The notes: generated by a model not told the origin, from the sequence alone. Positions 34,066-47,986 are shown, counted from the whole stretch's first letter. The stretch: DNA of 63,599 nucleotides, filler included, from Asterionella formosa (GCA_002256025.1; 6 parts of 6 records of this genome joined end to end with filler, not necessarily neighbours in it); one strand, 5' to 3'. Numbers and translations: made by a program.

Positions 34066-34984
34066 GTGATCACCTTCTCGTAATTATTTAAAAAAATTAA
34101 AACTCTTCACGTAATTATTTGAAATACTTCAATTAATTCTGTAATTTATTTCACATCGCCTTATAATTTTGTTCACGTAATTCTATAATATATTTCACAT
34201 AATGTTTTAAATTTGTTTACGTAATTCTGTAATTTTGTTCACGTAGTTTAAAGTACTATCAAATAATGTTGATAACAAATTCAACTACCGTTATTTCACA
34301 TTACATGGGAAACAAATCTCAATATGCAATCAAACAAAGCTGTTCTATCAGAATGGAATCTTCAGTCTTGAGAAGGCAGGCATTATGAGACGTCGGTAAG
34401 AACAGCATTGCAAGACGAAGAGAAGCCGTTCATTCAGAAGGGAAAAATTATTCACTCTTGAACAGGCATCATTGTACGAAGTTGCAACACACACTGGCTT
34501 CCTTCTTGTCCTTGAAATGACTTGCTTCTTCATTGACCTGCAAAGATTTACATAACAACAGCGTGTCAGTAATTCATATGATAGAACTAGCAACAGCAGA
34601 AAGCAACACACAGATGTGGTAGTATTCAACTGTTTCTTAGGGAAGTCGAATTGAAACAACAAACCGGCATCAGCCAGGCAGCACCACAACTCACCGATGC
34701 GTTCAAAAGAATGCTCCTGTTGTGAAATGGACGGCAAAAATGAAAAATAAATGTAGAAAACAATAATAGAACCATAGTAGTACAGTTACCTAGTACCGGT
34801 AGTACAAGGTTATCCCTGTCTTGGGCTTTCTTCATTTCCCAATACAAGGTCATAACTTCCAATTCAAGGTGTATTGCGTTTTTTTCTGTACTATTTCAGG
34901 TCCCAATACAAGGTGACAATAATTTTCAAATCAAGATGTCCCCTGTATTGAGCTTTGGCGGTATCTCAAGGAAACATCCAGCGC

Positions 34985-35100
34985 CACATGCGATATTCAC
35001 GATGAAATATATTCTCATGAAGAAGCTTTGTGACATGCTCATTCCAGTCAATTCGTTGATGCTCCCATTTTGGAATTCGCACTGGCTTCGACTTTTGTTC
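34985..35100 (-). mobile_element. Possible PIF/Harbinger (DDE_Tnp_4) transposase N-terminal fragment
   Basis: RIDWNEHVTKLLHENIFHREYRM resembles the F..xYRM helical N-terminus of Harbinger/ISL2EU transposases. No catalytic core follows. Confidence 0.45.
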
Positions 35101-38100
35101 ATATTCATCCAAAAATGATAATTTAACTGCTTCAATTAACAAAAAGCTCTGTTGTTCCGCTTCTTTATCAAGATTGTCAATGACATCCCAACTGTCAGGT
35201 TCTTCCGGTCGATTTGTCGTTGTCGTTACAGCAATGATAATGGTCAGACATATTGAATAATTGAAGCTCACATTGCAATTTTTTGTTGAGTCTGATGCAC
35301 ATGTTTGCAGAGTCATAAAGAAAACGGCTAACTGTTTTACCATTACAGAGATATATTTGTGAAATGTACCGGTATCTCTGTAAAGATTCATTTTTTTCTG
35401 AAGATACAACAAAAAATAATTTGTATATCTACAACACGATATATTATTGAGAAGTTATGAAGGAAGACAATATTCACTTGCCAGGAAAGTTCTCTTCCCC
35501 AGTGATTACGTTATGTCCCTGTTGGTAAAGGATGAAAATACTGATATATCATCAAATACTGATGCATCAAAATCTGATGAATCTGATCTTGATGATATAG
35601 ATTCAACCGATATACCCACTCATATGACATCCATTCTTATGAAACCCCAAAAAATTCAATTCACGGCAGAAAAAGATGACTGTGGTATTTGGTCCATTTC
35701 CGGAAGGAATAAACAATCAAAAACAGAACGAAAACGATCAGATGGGACAGTCTAATTTCGCCTATTCCACCCACACAACGACCACGGGAAAGCAGCGGTT
35801 AAGAACCTTGTAAACTCTGCCTTTAAGCGCAATAATGACAAAAATTCTATTGGAAGTATGTCTGTAGAGGTACTACTCAGGATCGATTTCTATTACCATG
35901 TTACTATTGTTTCCAAAGATGACAGTGCAAAAATTTTTAAGATGTAATCCAGTTTGAAACATAAAGGATATTACTAATCATCAAGAAACTAATTCCTGGT
36001 TTGATTGGGTTGAGGTGAATTGGGAAAGTCGGAATGGCAATTACTACACGACTGTACCAGCAAAACTACTTTTATGGGGAACGTCATTTACTCGGATGGA
36101 ACCGAATCACTCCTGGCATCTGTTTGTTCGTTGAGAAGCACCAAGAACATGACAGCCCATGATCGCATGTTTTTTGCTAAAGGAGATTATATTTGCGATG
36201 AGAATACTGGTTTAAGCGTTGTTGAGCATAACAACATACTTTCCACAGCGTTTGTAGTCCCTGCTTTACCGCCAGGTACAAACAGAAAATGTATGAGTTC
36301 AAGAGAAACCGTATCAGCCATGGAAAACACTGATTATTATATAGCATTACCACCACGAGATCAATGGAAATTGATTGGTTGGGATATTCATTTCAGTACA
36401 GAGGCAAAGTAACGATATTATCTTGCTTCACTTAAATTTAGAAAATACTCCGCTCAACATGGTGTGCATACTAGTTTGTTACGAACTCATTAGATACTTA
36501 TGTATGACTTATGTTTGTTCTCTTTTTTTCGAGTGCCTGATGATGAATATGAACTGTAATCATCTGCTGATTCTTCCTAAGATTTCCATAATTTCTTAAA
36601 ATCGTTGAAAACTCTATCATGTTGAACGCCATCCAGAAGGACACGGCTCACTCTCTGCATGGCCTCAGCAATAACCAAAGCATGTTCGAATTATTTGTCA
36701 AATTTCCTGGTTTCTTCATTATCATGCCAATGGAATGATTTTACAGGATGTTTAATCATTTCACTAAGATATGTCAGTTCAGTATCACTTAACGTGGGAG
36801 ATAAGACAAAATTAGGATTGAACTCCATTGCTGAAACTTTATCAACACATGAACCCACAATTTTTTCAAAACATATTCCATAACCGCGCCTTCAATTCCG
36901 AAATCTGTGGTATTTTCAGGATATGACCATCCAGTTCCATTACTTGCATTAAATTTCATTCCCAAACATTTATCCCAACCATCAATCATTAACCGAGCCT
37001 CACTTCGCTTCCCCATAAACACCGTTTCTCTACTATGATGTAACTGAACTAATAATTCCATAAACTTTACAATTTTAAAGGGACCACATGACCATTTACC
37101 ATCCTCGGTTGGTTGGAAAATCATTAAATCAGTATCTTTGGCCATAAAACATGTCAGGTGCGCTTTCCCTGACATCCACCGGCAATCTTGAACTGAGGTT
37201 CGCCATCAGTATAACCTCTGATCCTTGGTTTTTCACCCAATATTTTCAAAAATCTTTTGCGACGAAGTGATTTAGCTTTCTTCCTGTCTGATTTCCATTT
37301 GTCGAACTCTGTTTTCAACTTGACCACATTTTTTGATGGTATAATTTTTTTATCGATATCAAACCCTGGGCAAATTCGGTATTTACGTGCAATCTCGTGA
37401 ATGGTGCATTTCAAATGACTTTCCAAACACACTCCATGTTCAGGATCACGTACTTCTACTATGCCTACATTGAGATCAAAACAATATAAAACATAATATC
37501 TCATTGTCAATCAACTGTGTAGATTAAGACACAGAGAACACACGATGTCGATGTTCTCTACTTGGAATGACTAATTCCATCGGCTGGTTGGGAAAAATGC
37601 TTCCCAATTTTGGCGATGCTTTTCAAATGTGGCCGAAATAGTGCCAAGAAGCTTATTCCTCTTTTCCTCTGTATCAATACCGGTACTAACAACATTGTTA
37701 AATGTACAGGGATCTTTATAAACTCCCCAATGTCGGAGCACTACATCAACACCATTGGAGTCATCTTGACTACTGTTGCTGCTGTATGCAATTGCTCGAT
37801 ATTGAACAATTAATGGTGCTACCAGGTACCGGTACCAGGTATTCGACATTTTAATATTTTATACATATAATGCATACCGGTAAATATGTGTGAGACAGAA
37901 TACACTAGTATATAAAATAATAGTGTAAATGCATACCGGTAGGGCAATGAAGTCATGACATAAACTTTAGCAGGTCCTATTGCAAATCTTGCCAGTAGTA
38001 ACAAGAATTCTTAAAACAATGGGATAGTACATAACTAATAATGGTGTGATTGTCATTTCGAACCCACTTCTATTTATGATTCAAGTTAAGTTGCTATTTC

Positions 38101-38110
38101 TTGATTAATT

Positions 38111-38551
38111 CTATAGAAGAGATGCAGCTGTTTCTTGATTTGTGATGTCTGTGCGCTCCAAGTCGGCAGCATATAAACGTTCTCTCCAATAGTCAATAAG
38201 AATTGACGACTCATGATTAAGACCACGAGCAACAAACTGTGCCACCATCTGGTCCATCTTCACTCTGATCCACGCCTTTTCTTGAAGAAATGATTCGAAA
38301 TATGAACCTTCGTCTGCAGTGGGCGAACTATGAGCAAAAGGAATTATCTTCTTGATTTCGGATGGTAGGCGGTTAAAAATTCTGTTGTATAAATTGACCA
38401 AAGCTTTGGCTTTTGTGTAACAAACAAACAATCCAACTTCGCTGGCATACTTCCCCTTCAGTATTGAAACCATATCATTCGTTACAAGACAACTAAGATC
38501 TTCATCTTCTCCGTGGGAAGGCAGCTCGTGAGGGACTCGACGAGCGCACAT
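38111..38551 (-). CDS. Hypothetical 146-aa protein with KOW-like motif
   Basis: Intact ATG-to-stop ORF. DMVSILKGKYASEVGLFVCYTKAKALV resembles a KOW motif. Confidence 0.35.
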   Translation of the reverse strand: MCARRVPHELPSHGEDEDLSCLVTNDMVSILKGKYASEVGLFVCYTKAKALVNLYNRIFNRLPSEIKKIIPFAHSSPTADEGSYFESFLQEKAWIRVKMDQMVAQFVARGLNHESSILIDYWRERLYAADLERTDITNQETAASLL

Positions 38552-39441
38552 GGCTTAGTCAAAAGGTAAAATTTTGATTGCCGATATGAGAATGGAAAGA
38601 GGAGAGAGGAGTACCTGTACATTAAGTGCATCAATGCAAGTGATCAAGTCGGAATGGCAACAAGGATCCGATGCACAAAATCAGTATGTAGTCATCTGGT
38701 ACTACCAGTACTCTACAGAGTACAAGTTTTTACATTCGCGTGAGGTGGAACGTGTAATGTTGTCATGAACAGATATAGATTCTATTGATCGAACAGAAAA
38801 TGATGTTGATATATCAAAATAATTTCCGATGAAACAGCAAATTTGCAAAATCAATAACTTTTGGTACATACGTTCCATTAGTTTTTTCGTATGCATAATG
38901 TCATATGTGTGAAAAAACCATAACCTGAGATAAAAATTTGATTGATCAAACAGAATCAATTATTGATGTCAAAATTATTTTCGGTAGAAAAAAAATTTAG
39001 CTTAATAAAAAAAATTTCATCTTATGCTGAGTAAAACGTTAGATCTAACGGAAATTTTATTCACAGACCACTTCAAACCAGAAGTCACGTGATGCAAACA
39101 AGAATAACCTAGCTGCAAATAAGTAGTTCAAGTTGGTATATTAATATATTCCTTTTCAACAGTTCAAGTTTATTTTGCTATTTTAACAAGAAACAAACAC
39201 ATTATAGAATTTAACAGCAATATCGAATTTCTGACAATGTTAGAATCATCCTTTGTGCGTGGTTCTTGAGCCCCAGGTTTGCCTTCATCGCAATTCACCA
39301 ATCCTTTACCAGGCAAAGCAAATTGGAGCACTGAGAAAGATGTTTACAGTGATACACTCTGGAAACGTTGACAGAAGCAAGAGCATGGTTGAGAAATAGC
39401 ATGCAAGAAAACTACAACAGCAAAGCCTTCAAAAATTCGGG

Positions 39442-39719
39442 AACTCCTTCGACCTTCCATCACATCATTTGTGGACGAGAAATTTTGTCGGGGGCTCAGC
39501 GTGTTCATGATCCAGACTTGTTGGACGAGCGGGCCAAAGCATGGGGAATCGATGTATCGACGATTCAGGATTATGTGAACTCGTTCCGTAATGGTGCTCT
39601 TCCCCATGGTGGCGGAGGTATTGGACTCGAGCGTGTCGTTATGCTATTTTTAGGGCGGGCTGCCCAACATTCGAAAGGCAGCCTGGTTCCCTCATGACCC
39701 CAAGCGTCTGAATTCTTAA
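39442..39719 (+). pseudogene. Cytosolic aspartyl-tRNA synthetase C-terminal fragment
   Basis: NSFD..GREILSGAQRVHDP...DYVNSFRNGALPHGGGGIGLERVVMLFLG / LPNIRKAAWFPHDPKRL* (class II motif 3), with frameshifts and no upstream part. Confidence 0.88.
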
Positions 39720-39852
39720 ATAATGGTTGCCCAACCCTATAATATTGAGTTCTTTCCTACTGCATGCAGCCGTTGTCAGAAATGATTTGACAAATATAAT
39801 GACATCTTTTACCTTACTGAGACTTTTAATTATAGAGTTTTCACTGATAGGC

Positions 39853-40390
39853 TCATTGCTGCGGTTGCAAATCAATAACCATAATCGTCATTTTATCTCC
39901 GCCAATACCTTGGGTAGATCGAGGATCTTCACTAATGATTTCAATTCCAATCTCTACTGGCGTCTTGGTGTCAATTCGCTCTCTCACGTATTTTACCGCA
40001 TGTTCGTTAGTGAGGAAATCCCAAATACCATCACAACCCAAAATAATGAATTCGTCATTTGGATGCAGAATCTCCTGAACAATATTGGGTTTCGTTGTTA
40101 TCATTTGTCCTGCTGGGGGAGTTTCAGGAACTTGTTTATATTTCAGATCACCAATGGATCGAGAAAGGTTCAAGTTTCCATTCACACGCCCGAATTGATT
40201 GACAAATCGACCAGCCTTGTGAATTCTATCCATTTCTTGATCTTGCTGTGGTTTGTGGTCGAAACTTAATGCTTCCGCCTTTCCACCCGCCCTACAAAGG
40301 ACAGCTCGGGAATCCCCAGCATTCGGAACAGTTAGTGTACATCCAATGATAACCGCCACAATTGCTGTACAGCCGGCATGAATTTGGGAG
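39853..40390 (-). pseudogene. PP2C/PPM phosphatase C-terminal fragment
   Basis: HAGCTA..NAGDSRAVL..LSFDHKP..GRVNGNLNLSRSIGDLKYK..GCDGIWD. Conserved GDN is altered to GDK, there are other substitutions, and the N-terminal half is absent. Confidence 0.8.
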
Positions 40391-42384
40391 CAGTTGCAGC
40401 ATTTCTTTTCCTCTGATTCTTGAGAGGTCGTCCCTGTTTCTTAATAATTTGGTGGGATCTTTCAGAATCTTCATCCAATAAAATATCAGCAGGAACTTGA
40501 GATGTAAATGAAGAAATTTGGGAAGGAAATAGTTCGGAATCTGTACTTGAGTCATTGGCAATATCTTGCTTCTCTGGTTGTAGAAAGTTGCTTTGATAGT
40601 AATAGTCGAGGAGACTTCCTTCTTGATGATTCAGGAGTAAAGGTAGCGCCTTTTATTTTCAGATACTTCTTTAGGCAAGGAGACAACCTTGTTGATGATT
40701 CAGGAGTAAAGGGAGCGCCGTTTCTTTTCAGATACTTCTTAGGTTCTTTTGATTACTTTTTGTTGTACCCCATCATGTCTCGAAGATCAAGAGCCTTTAA
40801 CCAATTCTTAATGAGTGTAATCATTATCATCTTTGTTTTGTTTCTGTATCCGGCGATTTTAAAGTGAACGCAAATATGCCGAAGTTGTTGTAGCGACGTC
40901 TGTTGAATGAGCATGTCTTTTATTGTTGTCTAAGACCCTTCGTTGTCAATGAAAAAATCAGCAGGAGTGATATATGCATCCCACTGGTCATCCTGTTTCC
41001 TTGCTGCAGAGAAAGTTTCATTGTCCAAAGATTCAAATGATGCCATTGCGCAAGTCGTTTACAAGTGATGAAAAGCATTATTCCATGAGTAGCTAGAGAT
41101 AATAATAATTGCTGCTGAGAAGCAATCCCTCCTCCCAAAATTCATTTCTGTTGTTGCCGTTGGTGTCTTTGTTAATTAATTCAATTACATGACATATATT
41201 AAATTTATAAAATTAGTGTTGCTTCCCGCTGTATCTGCAGCGATACACACAGATACACATTTTGGAGCAACAAAAAATGTGTTGCTGGAAGCAACATATC
41301 ACCCGGATATGTGAGATACAAAAAATTGGGCCGAGCAACGTTTTTTGGTTTTTGTATCTCTGATTAGATTGGCCCTTAATGATAGACGTCTACTACAAGG
41401 AATTCGACATTAATAATATCTCTTGTCCCTATCTGCAGATGATAATTTTTATTTAAGGGCAATATGGGGCACATCGAATTTTTCGGCAATAAAATTGCCG
41501 ATTTTAGCATGACAACCAGAATATCGGTAATATGCATAGAGATGGTACAACAAGCGTAAAACACACGAGAATGATTGTAACATGCAACATCAATGAAAAT
41601 TGATCATGATGTTTGGAGCAACCAAAGTATGAAATGCGATGTAATAAGTAGCATCAAATGAGAAATAGAAAAAATTGTTTTGGGTAAGAAATGAAATAAA
41701 AAATAAGAGTTCCAATGGAGACGTATGCATTGTGAATCATTGTAGTACTTACACAGGCAACATTGACTTTCCATCACCATATACAATCGAAGACCGAAAG
41801 GAGAAGAAAAAAAGCCCAACCCAATTTAGACCTGCATCGTTATTTAGCGTCAATGGTCTGGTTGCTGCAACCATACGCATCGCTGTAGTAGCCTGACACC
41901 AGTAGCAGTATTTCCGCCACAGTCATTCCTCTCCGCCCAGTAGATGCACCAAACAGGCAACCCTGATCATTCCATTCTGAGCAAGCATGATCGCCACGCT
42001 GCTCCAGCACTATTGACTCTCTCTAGCTGAGTATTCATGTAGCTTCTGATACGAGCTTGCAGTAGAAATGTAGCAAAGCGTGTTAGTACAAGAAAAGCAT
42101 TGCTTGGCGGCAATATTGACATCATTGTCAATGACTATACAAATCAACAACGGCAATCTTCAATGAGTAGTCATTGATAAATGCATTGATTCTTATGTAG
42201 TTATGTACAATCGAAACAAAACGACAGTGCGTAACGACAAACAACGATGGAAGCGATCAAAACAAACCACGGAAGCAATCAAATCGGAAAGTCGATAAAT
42301 ACGATCTACAATCCACATTCAGTGTTTCACTGTTGTACTTACCAATCCGCTTCAACTAGCATAACAAGCAGCAGACGATGGGAT

Positions 42385-42484
42385 NNNNNNNNNNNNNNNN
42401 NNNNNNNNNNNNNNNNNNNNNNNNNNNNTTAATTAATTAANNNNNNNNNNNNNNNNNNNNNNNNNNNNNNNNNNNNNNNNNNNN
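42385..42484. other. Artificial scaffold-joining linker
   Basis: N44-TTAATTAATTAA-N44. Confidence 0.98.
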
Positions 42485-43063
42485 GAGCATGAGCATGAGC
42501 ACGATCACAATGATGACGACTTCGGAGCAGGAGGAATGGATTGGGATGATGGTTTTGCGATTTTAATGGAAGATAGAGTTACTACAATATTGGATTTACC
42601 ATACCGGTGCCTGTACTGTAGTATCACCGGTAAGACTATAATGATGGTGAGCGACAATCTGTTTTATACTGATGTTTATCACTGTATAATAGTGTAAAGT
42701 GTTTCTGACTTGGTACCGGTATATAATAACCAGGTTATTAATACTGCTCTACTATAATAACCGTGGTTATTTGTCATCAAGTCTGACTTGGTGGCGTCAG
42801 ACTTTGGACTCAAGTCCAGACTTGGTATAAATAACTACACATAGTTTTTAGTGTTACACATACCGGTACATAGATACCGGGGTATTTTCAGATTTTCTTA
42901 GACGTGATGTCGCGATTTCTATACATGGTACCGGTACATAAAGAATTTCTTCGTGGTTTTAGGAACGCGATCCCTTCTCGTTTATTTCCCACATGGTGTG
43001 CGCCACATTTCTATACTATACAGCATCATCTGCATTCTATCAAGGACCTATTCGACATAAAAA

Positions 43064-45556
43064 ATGTTGACTCGCTTAGCAATTAGACAAGGAGCAAGGA
43101 GTGTGGTGGCTACTCGTCGATGGATCGCAACGTCGATAGGACGCTCGCTTGCAACAGTCCCACATTCCCACGGAGTCCTTTCAACCTTTTCAGCTTATCC
43201 ATCAACTCGCTCGTTCTCATCCAATTCACAACCATTCACCAACATTTTTAACCAACAAAATCAAGAACAACAGCAGCAGCAATCACCTCTCGAGCAATTT
43301 GGTGTCGACTTGACCAAACTCGCTCAAGAACACAAGCTCGATCCCATCATCGGGCGACATGACGAAATTCGACGAACCCTTCAAATTTTGTCACGGCGCA
43401 CCAAGAACAATCCAGTCTTGATTGGGCAACCTGGTGTGGGGAAGACAGCAATTGCTCAAGGACTCGCTATTCGTATTGTGGAGGGACAAGTTCCTGAGTC
43501 GATTCAGGAAAAGCGAGTCATTCTGTTGGACGTGGCGTCCATGTTGGCCGGGGCCATGTTTCGGGGACAGTTTGAAGAGAGACTTAAATCGGTACTAGCA
43601 CAAGTTGAAAAGGAAAAAGGAAAGATTATTTTATTTATTGATGAACTCCACACCATGGTCGGTGCTGGTAAGTCGGAAGGGGGGATGGATATGTCTAACA
43701 TGTTAAAACCAGCACTAGCGCGAGGGGATTTGCAATTGGTGGGGGCAACCACATTGGATGAATACCGTATCATTGAGAAGGATCCTGCTCTTGCTAGACG
43801 ATTCCAATCTGTATACATTCAAGAACCCAATACACAAGACACAATTTCTATCTTGAGAGGACTCAAAACAAGCTACGAGCTTCATCATGGGATTCGCATT
43901 CAGGATGAAGCCTTAATTGCGGCGGCGACGCTCTCAAATCGGTACATTGCAGATCGATTTCAGCCAGACAAATCGATCGATTTAGTGGACGAAGCTTGTT
44001 CGAAACTGAAGCTAGAGCAGGAGTCGAAACCAGAGTCTATTTGGAAAGTCGAGAGAGACTTGTTGACTAAGCAAATTGAATTGAGTGCGTTGGAAAATGA
44101 AGAAAATGGAACAAAAAAGACACTGGCGTTAAAAGCGCAAGTACGGGATAGAGTGAATGATCTCCAAGCCGAGCTCAAGATATTGAACGAAGCTTGGAAA
44201 AATGAAAAACAAGTCTTAGAGCAAGGGAAGCGAGCACAAGAAGAGCTTGAACAAGCTAAGATGGAATTGGAATTAGCAAGACGCAGAGGTGACTACAACA
44301 AGGCTGGCGAGCTACTTCATGCGATCATTCCTAGATTGGAACACGCACTGGAGCAACGTCACATCCAAGAGAATGAAGGATCCATTGAGAAGATGTTGGA
44401 AAATGCCGTCACAGCCGAGGCTATCGCAGCCGTGGTGGCTCGCCATACTGGTATTCCAGTCTCGCGCATTACAGGGAGCGAGTCACAGAAATTATTGCAC
44501 ATGGAAGACAAGCTTCGCGAACGAGTTATTGGACAGGACCACGCCTTGGAAGCTGTTAGCAACTGCGTTCGACTTTCTCGAACTCGACTTCAGGCCGAAG
44601 ATCGCACATTAGGCAACTTTCTCTTCGTTGGGGCGACGGGGGTAGGCAAAACAGAGTTGTGCAAGGCTTTGGCTGAGTTCATGTTTGATGACCAACATGC
44701 CATGACAAGGATTGATATGTCTGAGTTTGGGGAGAAACATACTGTCTCAAGATTGATTGGTGCCCCACCTGGTTACGTTGGTTTCGAGGACGGGGGAGTG
44801 TTGACAGAAAGCGTCCGTCGCCGGCCTTATCAAGTGGTACTTCTTGACGAGTTTGAAAAGGGCCACAAAGACGTTTGGAACTTGCTGCTTCAGATGTTCG
44901 ACGAAGGGCATCTAACAGATTCTCATGGGAGGAAAGTTGATTTCCGAAATGTTATTGTGGTCATGACATCCAACATGGGAGCACATTATATTTCTGAATT
45001 GCCTTCGCATTTAAAAGGAAGTGAACCTGAGGTGCACGCAGCTATCATGAATATTGTGAGGCAAACTCTCAGTCCAGAACTTCTTAATAGAATCGACGAG
45101 ACAGTGGTATTCAATCGCTTACAACGTGAACACATGACAACGATTGCCGAAATGGGAATCCGCGAGGTTGCAGGCCGACTTGAGGCAGGTCAGAACATGA
45201 CCTTAGATGTGAGTCAGAATGCAATGGAATGCATTGCTGAGAATGGATACGACATTCGATATGGGGCTCGCCCACTCAAGAGAGTGCTAGCACGTGATCT
45301 CTTGAACCCTTTAAGTCGAATGGTCCTGGAAGGTGGGGTAATTTCCGGTGATTTAGTGCGAGTCCGAACACGAGGAGAAGCTGAAATGATTTCGAAGGAT
45401 CCACTAAAAGCTTTGGGCTACATCACCAGTTCGAAGAACTCTATAGACAAAAATGATGTTGTCGTTATGCGCAACCATCAAGAATTGAAGACAAAACCTC
45501 TTGCGTACGGTGAAATCGGAGTTGATGACCATGATGGCGACAATTTCTTGATGTAG
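43064..45556 (+). CDS. clpB: ClpB/Hsp100 disaggregase, mitochondrial Hsp78-type
   Basis: Two AAA+ modules ([29 protein letters not shown]), a coiled-coil middle domain and GAPPGYVG. An Arg/Ser-rich presequence replaces the Clp N domain. Confidence 0.96.
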   Translation: MLTRLAIRQGARSVVATRRWIATSIGRSLATVPHSHGVLSTFSAYPSTRSFSSNSQPFTNIFNQQNQEQQQQQSPLEQFGVDLTKLAQEHKLDPIIGRHDEIRRTLQILSRRTKNNPVLIGQPGVGKTAIAQGLAIRIVEGQVPESIQEKRVILLDVASMLAGAMFRGQFEERLKSVLAQVEKEKGKIILFIDELHTMVGAGKSEGGMDMSNMLKPALARGDLQLVGATTLDEYRIIEKDPALARRFQSVYIQEPNTQDTISILRGLKTSYELHHGIRIQDEALIAAATLSNRYIADRFQPDKSIDLVDEACSKLKLEQESKPESIWKVERDLLTKQIELSALENEENGTKKTLALKAQVRDRVNDLQAELKILNEAWKNEKQVLEQGKRAQEELEQAKMELELARRRGDYNKAGELLHAIIPRLEHALEQRHIQENEGSIEKMLENAVTAEAIAAVVARHTGIPVSRITGSESQKLLHMEDKLRERVIGQDHALEAVSNCVRLSRTRLQAEDRTLGNFLFVGATGVGKTELCKALAEFMFDDQHAMTRIDMSEFGEKHTVSRLIGAPPGYVGFEDGGVLTESVRRRPYQVVLLDEFEKGHKDVWNLLLQMFDEGHLTDSHGRKVDFRNVIVVMTSNMGAHYISELPSHLKGSEPEVHAAIMNIVRQTLSPELLNRIDETVVFNRLQREHMTTIAEMGIREVAGRLEAGQNMTLDVSQNAMECIAENGYDIRYGARPLKRVLARDLLNPLSRMVLEGGVISGDLVRVRTRGEAEMISKDPLKALGYITSSKNSIDKNDVVVMRNHQELKTKPLAYGEIGVDDHDGDNFLM

Positions 45557-45913
45557 GTTGGACAATACAAAAATTAGGAGATATATGGAATTAGATAAGA
45601 AAGGAAATTTGAAAGAATTATTATTTATGAAGACACTCTTGATTCTGATCTGACGAGTGTACTCTGCCGCGATTAGTCCTTGGCTCCCCCGATCAATTTA
45701 AAATCACAACCTGAAAGATCCATAAAGTCAGCAGCTAAATTTCTCGAAACACCAAGATTAATTTGATTGATAACCGGTACTTTCTAAGGACAAATTATTA
45801 ATTCTACTCTGTAGGCAAGCAGTAAAAAAACTTTATCTGTCATTTACATGAAACGAAAGAATGTGAGTGATAAAAATAAGCGTCGAAATAATGTCGTTTC
45901 CAAATAATTCAAC

Positions 45914-47209
45914 TCAGGAACTTACCAGCATTTTAAAAAAAGATCCTTTGTCATCAAATTGTTCGCCACACGGTTTCGAAGACTCCTCATCCATGCCCCA
46001 ATTGCTTCCAAAATCCTGAATTCCTTTGGGGGTCTCTTGAACACGCGAGGAATTACGAAGGGAAAACTTTGGCAATCCCATTTCTGTCATAAAGCTCAAA
46101 ATCTGATTTTGAGCAAAAGTTCCAGATTGCTCGATAAACGACGGTTGATCACCATTATTGCTATTGTCGTCGGCATCCCCATCTGATCCACTCTCGCTAA
46201 GAAAGAGGGACTTGTCACGTTCATGATCCATTGTTTCTGACGAACAAGACATACTCAAAAATCCTTGAAACGAATGCTCTTCAGGAGGAGCATCATCAAA
46301 TGTGACCTTGAATCGAGGTCTGGGCATAATCAATGTCGACTTGACAGAGGTGGCAATAGCCTCTCTAATGGTAGTCGTAGGATCTTGTGTTTGGTCTTCC
46401 TCTGCTGCGACCTGATTGCTCTCCATAACCAATACTTGTTCCGTTTTTGGTAAAAATTGATTGTTCTCCATAACCTGTACTTGTTCCGTTATAGGTGAAG
46501 GAATTTTTTCCTCAATCTCTGTAGTAGCGGCGAACCAAGCAGGCTGCAGTTGCCGCCTGCTGCTCTCGTCGTCTGGCTGCTCTCGAGAATCAGATGACCA
46601 CTGCATCGCTCGCACTTGCTCTTGCTGTTGATCTCGACTGTCTTCCCAAGTTGCCGATAAAATGAGTGAGCTAGTACTAGACAGCGCCATGCCGATTTCG
46701 GTTCTGTGATCGAATTGCTCTCGCGGCTCCGCCTCACGTACGATTGGTACTAAGGATCGGTCTGAAAATGTCTTTGTAAAGGTTGGAACGGTGCCGCCGT
46801 CAGTAGATAAATCTCCTTGGCAAGAGACATTGGAGGTGTCACTCGCAAGTCGGTCCGAAAAGGTCTCCGTAAAGGTTGGAACGATGCTGTTATTCGTAGA
46901 TATTCTTTCACAGTCTTGGCAAGAATCATTCCGCGGAACTCCCTCTGCCAGCGATTGGTTCTTGTTCAGGGGCGGAGTAACGTTCCTATCCTTTAGGCGA
47001 ATGAATTGAATCATCTCGTTTTCTTGATTGGAGCTCGAGGTAGTGGATGAGACATGAAAATTAGTGTTCATGGACTCGGAATCGGCAATAGTTCGAGGCG
47101 ACAAGGAAGCCTTGAGTATCATGCCCTGAGTCATTTCGAACGATCGTTGGTTGCTGCGCTTCTGTTTGTTGGACCTACTAGAGAATAGGATAGAGGCGGG
47201 GAGAGGCAA
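45914..47209 (-). CDS. Hypothetical low-complexity (Ser/Glu/Thr-rich) protein; start uncertain
   Basis: 431-codon ORF with short internal repeats (VPTFTxTFSDR x2, TEQVxVMExNQ x2). No recognisable domain. Confidence 0.55.
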   Translation of the reverse strand: MPLPASILFSSRSNKQKRSNQRSFEMTQGMILKASLSPRTIADSESMNTNFHVSSTTSSSNQENEMIQFIRLKDRNVTPPLNKNQSLAEGVPRNDSCQDCERISTNNSIVPTFTETFSDRLASDTSNVSCQGDLSTDGGTVPTFTKTFSDRSLVPIVREAEPREQFDHRTEIGMALSSTSSLILSATWEDSRDQQQEQVRAMQWSSDSREQPDDESSRRQLQPAWFAATTEIEEKIPSPITEQVQVMENNQFLPKTEQVLVMESNQVAAEEDQTQDPTTTIREAIATSVKSTLIMPRPRFKVTFDDAPPEEHSFQGFLSMSCSSETMDHERDKSLFLSESGSDGDADDNSNNGDQPSFIEQSGTFAQNQILSFMTEMGLPKFSLRNSSRVQETPKGIQDFGSNWGMDEESSKPCGEQFDDKGSFFKMLVSS

Positions 47210-47530
47210 GCAATTCTTGCAGTCCTGTGACTCTCGTTCCTTCAGTTGTTGAATCGACTATACTCAAAGTGGATATTTTATGAGACAAAATTGCAAGGCA
47301 AAATCGCTTTATTTTCTCGTTCGCGACGATGAGCATTTGCTATTTATATTGTATGTGCAAGAAAATCCCTAAATGTATTACATTGTACAGACGAACTGAA
47401 AATGACATAAATTCATTGGCTAGAATGAATCAATGATCAGTAACAAAACTATATTTTTAAAATTTTGTGTTCCTTTTTAGCGATGTTTGTAGAATACTGT
47501 ACCAGTTCAATGGACTACGGTATCCCTTTC

Positions 47531-47710
47531 TACCCACTAATTCAAAAAGATACTTTTTCTGAAGCGGGAACGAGCTCGCCACTGCAGGCCCTGCTCGCGT
47601 GCCAAAAACTAGGTACATACCGGGCGTACCTACTAAGTGAACAAGATACTTTTTCTGAAGCGGGAACGAGCTCGCCACTGCTAGCCCTGCTCGCGTGTCA
47701 CAAAAAACTA
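47531..47710. repeat. Tandem duplication, 2 x 96 bp
   Basis: AAGATACTTTTTCTGAAGCGGGAACGAGCTCGCCACTGC..GCCCTGCTCGCGTG at 47547 and 47643. Confidence 0.9.
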
Positions 47711-47986
47711 CCGTTTGGAAGATACCGGGGTATTCTCCGAGCGCACGACCTGAACCGGGGTGAATGTGTGCCGGTAGGTACCTGGTAGCCTGCTTGTGCG
47801 CATCATAGATGATACCGGTAGATTTGTTTGCGTGATCATAATATCTATACAGGTGTAAATATTAGTCGACAGGTGGGTGGTACATACCGGGAACTATCAA
47901 ATTTCCGGTACTTTGCGGTCTTGAAATACACACAAAGGATGGTAAAGACGACAACACCTGGCACGTGGCTCTCTGTTCCGCGCAAG

